A stretch of DNA of 64,000 nt. Origin: Raillietiella orientalis (taxonomy: Eukaryota). The number at the start of each line of letters is the position of its first letter. The stretch's first letter is position 1. The notes beneath the pieces were generated by a model that made no database searches, was not told the DNA's origin, and saw only the letters and a program-made list of their open reading frames with translations. The DNA is taken from contig JAYWIR010000047.1 in the NCBI GenBank assembly GCA_036172245.1, positions 620,001 through 684,000 of the forward strand, given 5' to 3'. Made by a program: the position numbers and the translations under genes. This document shows, in pieces, positions 38,350 through 49,516 of the stretch.

Positions 38350-40009
38350 GGTGACAAGATACAAAAATCTAAGACAGAAAGACGAAAATGAAACTAACTT
38401 AACGGGATACAATAAGTATCTCAAACCAAGAGCGAACTTTCGAATATCTTCAATGAGTCACATGTAAAATACATCGTACTTAATGCGCATCATTCAAGAC
38501 AATAAGGCAAGGAAATTCCGAAGGAAACTCTGCTCTGAGTGTACAGATTGAACTTACACCTTATGAAGGCAAAAAAAAACTTTTTCGCAAGTCCTAATTA
38601 ATAGCTTTTACGTCTTTTCTGCACGATTCCTATTCTTTCGTTACGATACGTTCCATTGTTGGCAACAAAAAAGTCACAGTTACAATATTTACGAGCTGTG
38701 GCAACACAAGCAAGAACCACGGAACACTTAATGCTTCTGAGAAAGTTAATGATCGTACAGGAAATTCTCATTTGCCGGACGGTATGTTGGCGATCATGCA
38801 ACAGCAAATACTCTAAATTTATGTACTATACTCTAAGTAATGATGTAATTACAACCATAGTTACATCGAGACCAATACTTCTCTTCCTAAACCAAAGAAG
38901 TGAACAGATTAAAAAAATAGAGAAAACACGCACCTTAACCTGGGAATTTACGACGTAATGCAGAGCCTAACACGCATACGTGAACCTATCATGTAATAAC
39001 AGGGTGGCTACTTTCGTAATGTTTCCTAGCGCTTAATTTGGAGTTTTTTGAGAAAAAATGGACGTCCACCAAAGTTGAAATTTTTTATAGTAAAAACAAA
39101 AAAAATTAACAAGTAAAAAGAATTCACTGATCTTTCGCAAGAGATATGCATTAATTATTTGCCGCTGACAAAAACTGATTCCAAATCTGATGCCGAAATG
39201 AACGTAGGGGTTTTTCTATTCACTTAAACCATCATCTGATAAAAAGCAAAATGAAAAATATGAATAAGAAAGTAATGAAAGAGTTATATCCGTATTCTGA
39301 ATGATGAACACAGAAGATCTGAATCATATATTTCTTCATTCACGTTTATACAAAATAAAACACGACTGATTGAAACTCGATCGTACACGATAGCACTTCA
39401 TATACGTAGGATATAAAATAGGATCAAAACTACATTGATTAAGTTCAGATAAATGTAATTTATTAATTCTGATTAATTTTTTAACTCTCAGTTCCTTTTG
39501 GTGTTTCAAATATGATTTGACCTAAAGTAATGTGGCATATTATCACCTCCAGTTTCTAAAGCTAACTTGGGGCATCAAAATAGCAGAAAATAAAGAAAAT
39601 GCTTGATTCTGTCATATTAATAATCATCTATCTGACCATGATCCCCAGAAGGACATTTTTGTGATGGTTCTATGGTATTCTCGATAAGTGGGTGTGAACT
39701 AAAAAAGCATTTCAAAATATATTTAAACGTGTGAAAAGTCCATAGAAAAAGTCTGTCTGTTTTTGACCAAAATTCCTCATAGATGATATACTATTGATGA
39801 ATAGAGTTAGTCTCTCTTTATACAAAAATAATCGGAATAGCAGTCTGAACCTTCGTGTAGGAGCTTAACATAGTTTTGGTTAAATCCCAATCGCATATTC
39901 ACAATAAGATTCCGCAAAATATCCATATCTAAATACACATCATTAGATTTAACGCATCCATTTTTCACAGGCCTTTCATTATTTCATTATTTTCTCAGAT
40001 AATTAGTAT

Positions 40010-40204
40010 AATTAGCTATTTCAAATGTTCATCTACGGCAGCACTGTTTCTCTTGCTAGTCTCAGTTCGACCTGAGTTTCATTAGAGGTAATAAAAGGAG
40101 ATTCTGAAAATCTGAGAAAATATTACCCCTAATGCAACTCAGGTCGAACTGAGACTAGCAAGAGAAACAGTGCTGCCGTAGATGAACGTTTGAAATAGCT
40201 AATT
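40010..40204. repeat. Long inverted repeat: 84 bp arms, 27 bp spacer, 3 mismatches
   Basis: 40010-40093 is the reverse complement of 40121-40204 apart from 3 positions. Confidence 0.95.
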
Positions 40205-40459
40205 TATTGGAAACAGGATTTCTCCAAGCACATGGTACTTAAGAGTGTAGATTGCGAAACAGACTACAGAAGTAAATTCATATTCATCAGCTGCAGAAAT
40301 GCAAACCAGACTCAAAAAAACAGTGTAATAGTCGCGAGTTTAATGTAATTGCTGTGAAGAAAAAGGAACAACGATTATAAACTTGGTGATGAATTGGGAG
40401 GAACATCAAAGAATCCAACCATTGCTGTAATTGTCGTTCAGTACCAAGCCTAGAATTTT

Positions 40460-41880
40460 CTTAGAAAAAAGCGCTTTTCACGATCGAATAAGTTCGTTTT
40501 CTTGAACGACAAACTTTCCCTCCAGACATTTTTTTTTTACACATGAAGCTCGTCCTACGCACATTATATCTTCATCCAGTCTCAGATGCTAAATGCTGAA
40601 CCAGGATATACTCTGTAGCGGCATCTTCATCACGCACAGTGCCTTTGGAAACCCCCAGCGATAACAAATCAGCGTTCTCTGCAGACTGGCTAAAGATTGA
40701 GTACCTTTTCAATCGATTCCTGGAAAGCCTTTTCTGGTTCGATAGAAAATGATCCGAAATACTTCCCTTTCGAGGTGCTGCGTTAGTCTGCTAGCGACTC
40801 ATAAAAAATTATCCTTTCATCATCATGTTTTCTCTCACATTATCTCTATCTTAATATCAATTAATGTTGCAGTTTCATGTGAGTCTGTTCACAAAAAGGG
40901 AAACAAAATAAGGCTGTATTTGTTCATGAGCTTGCTTTTAAGCAAGGTTTCTTCCAAAACAGCTTCGTGTTCCGAGGTTCGAACAAAACAGCTCTACTCA
41001 GAGGACGACTAAGAGAACGTCATTTGAATGTGAACTGCACCTGAGAAATCAGAATCCTTCACCGACAAATCCACTTGAGTTCTGTTGGTTTGGTTTGGTG
41101 ATATTTTTGTAGAAAAACTTTTCTCCTGTAACGCAGTGCGAAAACAAAGTGCTCTTATCTATAATTGGGCTCTAGGCTCTAACACTACTTCTCAAGATCA
41201 GTATGAAATGTGACATCTCGACAAATAAAGAGATTCTTTGCCATCAAAGGATGAATGCAGATCTTCTCGTTGTATCCAACGCCAGTATTATTTTTGCCTC
41301 GCGATTGGCTAAGGCAGCTCCATAGATTCGGAGATCTGCAAAAACGCGGAGATCCCCGTTCAGTGCACATCTTCGATGGCAGTTGCGGGTTCATCAGATG
41401 ATGGTTTAAAGACTGGTTTCCACACGTATTCTGGATACTCCTTTTCAGACATTCATGCTCTCCATCAAAGATGGACACCTATAGATATAAGAAACCTCTC
41501 ATGTTAGAATGGGAAGTCTTCTCAATGGCAAGGTACACTAACTGTAACAACTCAAAATATTGACCAGAAAGAAAAGGAAAGCATAAGAAATTCCTTCTTG
41601 TAAAACTTGCTCAGAGGGTTCAGTTATTGTGTTCAATCTCGGTAGCAGATATGCGCTTAAGTACGACATGGAGTTAGCAAATCTCAGTTGCTGCTGCACG
41701 ACCTGTTGTGCACGATGCACAATGTTCAGCTAGCTAGGTGAATTCGGTCGATTTGAATGAACAATATGATGAGTTCAAAATCTTGAAGAAAATCTAGCAA
41801 CCTGAAAATTCGGACCTTCCATCAAGATCGTTCTTAAAGATCACGGTGACTCGAATGCGAGTTCCATTTTTTTTTATGGA
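40460..41880 (-). mobile_element. Highly decayed Ty1/copia-type retrotransposon pol remnant (integrase, then RT)
   Basis: Motifs occur in copia order on the minus strand, interrupted by stops: GTRIRV...DGRSEF...HHIVHSNRPNSPS*LNIVHR (cf. HGIVHQ..PYSPQQNGVAER), SAYLLPRL...PSE, GYNEK...LFICRDVTF (cf. ISRDVTF), VIAGGFQRH (cf. LVARGFSQ), FD[+1 nt]VKSAF (cf. DVKSAFL). No LTRs recognised. Confidence 0.5.
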
Positions 41881-43189
41881 GAATGCACAAAGTTCTTGGC
41901 GAAATCCACTCCAAAGAAGATCCTCTCATTCTATTTCTCTCTAATTACACGAATATAAGCTCAGTTGTGAAACTAAAGTAGGCAGTCTTTGTTTTTTGTT
42001 TTCTTACTCTTGATCAAATTATAGCTACAAGCATGACTATGGGACCAGATGATTGGAAACATTACTACAAGAGCTACACAAGAGCCTTTTGAATCTCAAA
42101 CTAAGATTTCCTGAAAGAATAGAAAATAGTAAGCCACTATATAAGGATTAAAAATCCTTGAAATTATCTCATTACGTGTATAGATCCAAATTGATTGTCG
42201 TAAGCGTTACTTAATCAAAACAAAACAAAAATTATTCTTTTTCTTTGCAAGACAAATGTTATTTTAACTATAATTTTAGTTTTTAGCCGTTTTAGCTTAT
42301 GGAGAGCGAAGCATTGGAAATGGTTAGGAGAATAATGGGCAATTTAATTGGATAAGTTTGAGACGATTAGGAAGGGAATCGAGTTGGGGAAGTTTCTTCC
42401 GTTAACAGTGATATGCGTATCCTTCTTAATAATTGCAAGCTATTTCTACTGTATATACCGAAAGGGTGTCTCAAAAAGCAAACAGATGTCATACTTTGTA
42501 GTAATCTTCAGGATAGTTCGGAGAAGCTGGTACCCATTCAAGACTACAGAAACGCTCCATGGCAACAATCATATTTGAGGGAACATGCCTCAATGGAAGG
42601 AAAGTCTCTTTAATTGTCTATCTGATATTAAAAACTGAATATAGAATGCAGCAAAGTATAAAATATGCTTTTTTTGTATAGATACGTTCGGATGATCTCT
42701 GGTGCACAGAATCCAAAACCTAATATATGTAATGTTGCAACATTTAGCATGCTTATACAAAGAAATACAAAATTAAGAAAAATAACTCTGTTACTAATGT
42801 ACTTAATGGTTATGCAATTACAATTAAATGCTTCTAAAGTAGCCTTTTTATTTCCTAAGTCTCCTTTAGCCTGTTTAAACGACAAACATGACAAGGATTA
42901 ACGATTTTCCATTAAAAAGTTTTTATAAGAATTTTCTTCAACTATACCTTTCATTTGACGCGCTTTTCAGCGTTTTCTCAAAATTGCTGAATATCCTCAG
43001 TTTGGAGCATTCATCTCAAAATGAGGAAACAAACTCACTCATCTTGCCTTTTCGGAAAAGTAATGAACATTAAGATTAGTGAAATTGAGAATCCTTTGAT
43101 AAAGTTGCACTATGCAAGCCAGTAGAGTCCCGCACTCCAAGTACGAGTCATCTCTTTGAACTCTCTATCACTCTCACTATCAACCTCTC

Positions 43190-43520
43190 TCTTTCCATCC
43201 ATGGTTACAAATCTCCAATCTCGATTTCTACGAAGTGTTGATCAATGCTATGGCTAATATAGAAAATCAGTTTGTCTCTACTATGCACTCTTATCTTCCA
43301 ATGACTCACACCCGATTTGGTATCTAATGATATGCCAAATTAACTGAAGCAGCTCCATTCATGGTGACCTGCGCAATTCTTATCCAACATCTTCCTCTTC
43401 CTTTATAAGCTTCATCTTGAAGTCGAAGATAGGAACGGTCTTTTTTTTATTGCCAATTACTCCCTCACTAACTCATCAGGAATACCCAGTATAATCCTTC
43501 TCAATTCACAGAAATCGACT
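43190..43520 (+). mobile_element. Possible very degenerate LINE reverse transcriptase remnant
   Basis: Faint ordered matches SMVTNL, SIHGDL, KIG and SSGIP to the CR1/Jockey-like RT pattern (STVTNL..GIxGxL..VKIG..SGVPQG). Many stops. Confidence 0.25.
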
Positions 43521-45634
43521 CAACTATTCATTATTGCTCCATTTCCTTCCTTAATCATTCTTGTCCCTATCCTAATAAGGGCTATTTTGAAAATTCGGAT
43601 CACCGTGCTCTTCCACGCAATTAGTCGCAATATCTCAGGAACAGACTCCAGTAGTACTCCACACTTCCCAATATCTTACTTCCAATCTCTTACCCCATGA
43701 CCTGTGAGTCAACCCAAAGCAAAGATTCACTCATTTCACTCCATCCTGGCTAATCTCCATTTCCCTGTCACGTTTTTCATACAGTTAAATTTTTAAGGAT
43801 TTTCTCTACGCTTCGAAGTTTCGACCTGATAATTAACCTAGAAAAAACTGCTCAACTCTTTTCAGTGACTATCTTGATCATATCCTGTCTTTTTTATTAG
43901 GTCTTTCTAAATGTTTCTACCCTACAACAAACTAAATATGTCTACTTCCTCCAGGCACATATCTAAACCCCAAACCCTATTCCTGTTACTTTAATTCTCC
44001 TCTAAGCATTTTCCTCTATCCTCGTTAGCTTGCCTTCTAACATGAACTTTCTTCACCACATAGGGTTTGTGCTCCTGATAAGTGCTCGAGACTGGATCTG
44101 CGATACTCGGTCACTTCGTGACCCCAAGTCTGTGAAGCCGAGAGACTGCATACAATTTCCCTTTTCTTCTGTCGAAATTTCCTGCTTCTTCATCACAAAG
44201 GTCACTGTAAAAGTAGTTTTAGTAAGTTTTTCTTTGGCATCGTGCAGATTTTATCACAAGGAAACTATCTTATTTGGACGTCCCCATCCACGGAATTCTT
44301 TAATAAAAGGCGAAAGAATTATGAGTTAGAATGGGGACCAGGAACTTATCGTGAATGTGTGTATGTATTTCCTCTTTGCTGTATCTTTTCTGAGAATGCA
44401 GTCATTTGTTTATTGTCAAAACTGACCCTTCCCGGTTTGTGAGGCAAAACTTTCATTCCTCGTGAACTTGGTTTTGGGAATTGTTTTTCAAAGCTACCAT
44501 CTATTCAAAAGTTTTCTTGATTGTACGCAAGAGAAAAGCTCAGCACCCACAAGCAGCGGAACTCCCAGCTTTTTATCGTTCCTCTTATTATCGGCCAAGA
44601 CCTGCAACGGTTATTCAACTTTCCCCCCAATACGTCTCTCCCTTTATAAAACCTTTCCAAACCAGGAAAATTTTGGTATTACCATTTTTGAGCATTGCGC
44701 CTTCGAGAACCTAGTTTAGGAACGTCTTCCTAGATGTCTTAATAAGGGTAAATGTTGAAATGGACTCAGCCATTGTGAAACACGTAGACGACTCCGAAGA
44801 TATCAAACTCCTAACGACTGCAATGGAAAAATCAGGGATCTTCACGGTCGACAAGGAAACACCTAAAGACACCGCACTGATGACAGAAGATCAATCGCGT
44901 CATTGAAGAACGATCGTTAGCACTGAGAAATCAACCTGGATGCATGACCCACACGGAGGACGTCCCATCGTATTCTTAATGTCCGACAGTGGACAACGTG
45001 CCAATGCGCTAATCCAGAGGAACCGATGTTACGTATAGAAAGTTTTACCTGTAGCTTGAAGCCAGTAGATGAAAAAAATTAAAATAAGATAATTTAATGA
45101 CTGCGATAATCTTGGATGTTTTTGGATGACCGAAAATATGAGGTAACATTTATTAAGTAATTTAGTGATTTAATGAATTTTCGTAGTTTCAAGGAACCAA
45201 ACATATGGCCAAGAAGAACAGGTCTTCACCTTGTCTTATGTAACCAAGAAGCAGGATGCCTTTATAGGAATTCAATAAATTATTTCACAAGTATTCAACC
45301 TTGATTCAATTGGTGGGAAAACTGATATGCTGTCCAACATTCATCGAAGCCTCTCAAATTAGAGCTAAAAAAATAAAACTCCAGAGATCTTTGATATGAT
45401 TCTAAAAATATTCAGAAAGAATTTCAAGTTTCTCTCGATGCTTTTCTCTCAAGCTTCACTTAAAAAAACACACAGTTTGTTTTTAATTTTCAGTTTCAAG
45501 ATCAGTTTCTTTTATCATATTGAAATATCTGCAGATGCTTAATATTTTACATTTATGTTTTACTTTTATTCAAGTCTGAATCACATTGGAAATCATTTAC
45601 CTTTAAATACTGTTACCTATATTGAGCGTTCTCA

Positions 45635-45963
45635 AAGGATTTACCGAATATCCTGCTCAATCACGATCGCTTCTTGGCCCTGGCAGACTATGACGCTTAC
45701 ATCGCATGCCAGGAAAAAGTGAACGACGTCTATATGGTAGGTGCCCGCAATGGAGGGGCCACTTTCACCGGGGTGACCGCTTTCAGAACCCCGAGCTGTG
45801 GACTCGAATGGCTTTAGGCAACATTGCCTCATCGGGCAAGTTCTCCTCGGACAGAACGATTTGCGAGTATGCAAGGCAAATCTGGGATGTTGAACCGAGC
45901 TGGGACAAACTACCAGCTCCTGGCGTACCTGTGATTCGTGCTCGCCTTGTGCATCTGTCATGA
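45635..45963 (+). pseudogene. PYG: Orphan 3' fragment of glycogen phosphorylase (last two exons, intron retained)
   Basis: [88 protein letters not shown] is the phosphorylase C-terminal signature. Intron 45737-45786. No upstream phosphorylase exons found in the window. The homology is secure; the pseudogene status is inferred. Confidence 0.8.
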
Positions 45964-46197
45964 CATGTTAGCAAATTCTTTAATTGACGATGCTGCCGTT
46001 TCATGCACAAACGTGAAATCCGTGTCGTAGAACAGTTCTTGCAGGAAACGTCGAGCCTCCTTACTAAAAGAGCAGGTTCCCAGGAGGAAAGCCACATCAC
46101 AGTACAAACACACATCCCGCATGAACGATGGAAACTTCTGCTTCAGCTTGAGTAACTGTTGCTCTGCATTACGTGCACCAACCGCACTACTCATCAA
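45958..46197 (-). pseudogene. RICTOR: Orphan 3' fragment of RICTOR (mTORC2 subunit) C-terminus
   Basis: MSSAVGARNAEQQLLKLKQKFPSFMRDVCLYCDVAFLLGTCSFSKEARRFLQELFYDTDF aligns with the RICTOR C-terminus as I recall it (LSSSVSTKCHETGLLTIKEKYPQTFDDICLYSEVSHLLSHCTFRLPCRRFIQELFQDVQF). An in-frame TGA lies immediately upstream (46200-46198). No other RICTOR exons seen. Confidence 0.75.
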
Positions 46198-47298
46198 TCA
46201 AAACAACCCGAGCAGATTTTTTAGTTTCTATAGTTGTATGCTGTATATGTACATTTCTTCGCAGATTAAAATGAGAAAACAGCCCGCAAGGCGATAGATT
46301 GTAATCGATTTGCTCGATTCATGGGGCGACCAGCAAAAACAGGTACCTAAGCTATTTTGATTTTTGAATCCTATAATGTTTATTCATAATCGCATTTTAC
46401 CAGTAAAGCTTTCCTTGCTTAAATTCATTCTAAGCTTCTTCTATGAGTACAGCTCTTGAAGGGAATTTCTTTTTTTCATGTCGTGGATATTGTTAAGAAG
46501 AGTTTTATTTCATGTTGCTGAACGCATTTGTATGCAACGTTTTAAGGGCACAAGCAATTTTGAAGAACATCTGAATGATTTTTCTAATCAAACGATTATG
46601 ATGCTTTCCTTTGTTTTGTTTTGTTTTTTGGCCTTTGGACTACATTTCATTAATTTTTCTCGTGACTCTTTGAATGATTTCAGAGATCATACTTACTAAA
46701 TATTGTTAGCTTTTGTGTGCCATTTCACAAATCGTTCTTTTCAGTTCCTTTTCCAAACTGTCCAAACCTCAAATGCCTAGAATGCCGAAGGAACCTTGCC
46801 TCAACGTTTGAAGATTTTCCTTGATATCAAGTTCTGATTATACTGTTCAGTCGACTGCACCATACTTCTTTGTTTTAGCAGATGGCTGCGATTCAGTTTT
46901 ATTGGACAGTAGTGTACTCAGTATTTTCAGTTGTAATCAGAATTTTCTTCTGTTTCCTGAAATTAGAAAGAACTTTATAATGAGCTTCTTTTCATCTCTC
47001 TGAAACTTCCATGGGATTCTCTTCGAAGTTTTCAGTGTCATCCGTGCGAAGAGTTTCTTTGATACTTATCCAGGTTTTCTTTATGAATACTCATGTAGCT
47101 AATGCCATCATTAGGGGTTATTGATTTCCTTGATTTTTTTTTCATATATAAAATCTATAAATCATTTAACAGCGCTATCCGCCGTGTAGCACTGCGCCAA
47201 GGGGGCGAAAGCCACTCAAGGTGCCTTTCCTTGGGCGAGACACGAGGCAGCTGGATTTCCGAAGGATGTAGGTGGCACGAAACGTAAACAAAAAATCT

Positions 47299-49516
47299 AT
47301 GGTCAAGTTACTGTACTCGTTGAGCTCTAATGTGAAATCCATAATTCGGGATAGCATAGTAAGGATTGTAAGTGTAAGTTGCAAGCCTTGTGAATCTACT
47401 GATTCAGCTCCTGCAATGTTCGAGATAGTTGAACGGGGTTCGAAGTACACTGCCGATTACAGAGTGTATTTAAGTAAGAAAGTTTCTTAGTACTAAGCAG
47501 TAATACAGTTTAAACCTTTAAGCACCTTTAAACCGGTAATGGTGAAATACACAAAAGGGGTTTTGACCAATTCTTAAAAAAGTTGCAGTAATGTACATGT
47601 ATTGTAAAATTGTTTTAGATAGTTCAGGAAAACCGATTTCCACTTGGCATGATGTTCCCATGTTCCATGATGTTAAATCAAAAATATATAACATGGTGGT
47701 TGAAATTCCAAGGTGGACAAATGCGAAAATAGAGGTATTTCTGATGACATTGTGCAATGTAGTTTTAACGTTGACATTCATAATATACCTTTAAATCCAA
47801 TCCATTTAGTGTATCAAAGGAATTAACAATTTTGTTTCAGATTAACAAAGAAGAAACCTTAAATCCCATTAAACAAGATATCAAGAAAGGACGGCTTCGA
47901 TTTGTGCATAACACATTTCCACATCATGGGTACATTTGGAATTATGGAGCCATTCCTCAGGTAAGAATAAGATATATGTGGTCTAAATATTTGCATCTTT
48001 TCGTCAGAGTATCTAATGATGAATTCATTTTCTTTCTGGGACGTTTCTGAGTTTGTTTCAGGGATATTAAGGTGGACATAAAATTAGAGTTGATCCCAAA
48101 ATAATCGAAAGATTTTTTAACAGAAAGTGATTTGAGTCTTATAAATTAGGTTAAGAGGATAAGATGAACATAGAGGTGTTTTTCCACAATTTCGCAAATC
48201 ATTTTGTATAATTACAATATTGTTTGTGCAAAACTGATGCAGGAAATCAGTGATATCTTGCCAAGTTAACCAAGGTTCTGTGAAAAGAGGTTGAAGAATG
48301 AATTGCTTGCTCTAGTGTCTAAATTTTCAAAAAGTAACCTACAAATTTGAATTCTTTTTCATTTCTTCAAACTTTATGCTTGGTATGCTTGTGGAATCAT
48401 ATTCCCATCAGCTCACTGCTGCATCTGCTTATCTGCATGTTTTGAATGCAAGGAATGTCTTGTTGGCACTATTATGTTGAAATGATTTCTGTCTCATTTG
48501 TTGCTGATTCCCATGATTGAAAATAATTTTAGACATGGGAGAACCCTGAATCTTTTGATGAATTGACAGGCTGTAAAGGAGATAATGATCCTCTTGATGT
48601 ATGTGAAATTGGACAAAGAGTAAGTTATGAAATTAAATCCAAGCCAAAAGTTGGATTTTGAATTGAAAAGGTTGCTTGTACAGGAGATGTGTTGACAGTG
48701 AAGTTACTAGGTGCATTGGCTATGCTAGATGAAGGAGAGACTGATTGGAAAATTCTTGCAATTGATACCAAGGACCCCATGGCTGATCAACTGAATGGTA
48801 GGTCCAAAGAAATTGCTGTGTTTAATTCCAAGCTTCAGATGTTGCTGATGTTGAACTGCACATGCCTGGTCTGTTACATGCAACTTTGGAATGGTTTCGA
48901 TTATATAAGATGCCAGAAGGAAAACCTGCGAATACATTTGCTCTTGGAGGAGAATTTCAAAGAGCAGAAGTTGCCTGGGAATTAGCAGGAAAAATGCATC
49001 ATGAGTGGTCACAGCTCATGGCTGGAAAAGTTGCAAATCCTGGCTTATCTTTGTAAGTTTTCATACTGTTTACTGCAGTTGTTACAAGTTTCGTTGAATA
49101 TAGATTTTCATGCTCCTCAGAAGCACTTCATCATCTTTCTGCTGATGAAGCAACAGCCATAATCGAGAAAACACCTCCACATGGAAGTCCTGCACCCATT
49201 GATACATCAGGTATGGGATTAACAATAAATTCTTTCTGCTGGTTCTCCCGTAAAAATCCGGTATCCCCACATCTTACCACCCTGAAACTAGTCAGCTGTC
49301 TTTTCTGTCACACCCCATCATCATGTTCCTGTTTTTGAAGACAGTCTCTCAGTTGAAGCAACAGGAAATTCCTGATGGTTGCAATCTTACCAACTATCTT
49401 ATTAAATACAAAATTCAGTTACTAATGTATTAGGATGTTCCTCATTTTGCTAACAAAAATTTTTGTTTATTCTTTCTGTTTTAGTGAACAAGTGGCATTA
49501 TTTGCAATTGCTTTAA
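47299..49516 (+). CDS. PPA1: Family I inorganic pyrophosphatase (PPA1/PPA2, Nurf-38-like), 8 coding exons; second in-frame ATG at 47416
   Basis: [74 protein letters not shown]. Exons 47299/47416-47473, 47619-47734, 47841-47960, 48533-48619, 48671-48797, 48839-49052, 49104-49210, 49485-49516. Confidence 0.95.

Noticed and set aside
49315..49378. Hairpin ccatca..ttcctgtt/aacaggaa..tgatgg in the last PPA intron as an H/ACA snoRNA or miRNA
   Set aside because: No H or ACA box at the expected position, no second hairpin, and the inner stem pairs poorly.
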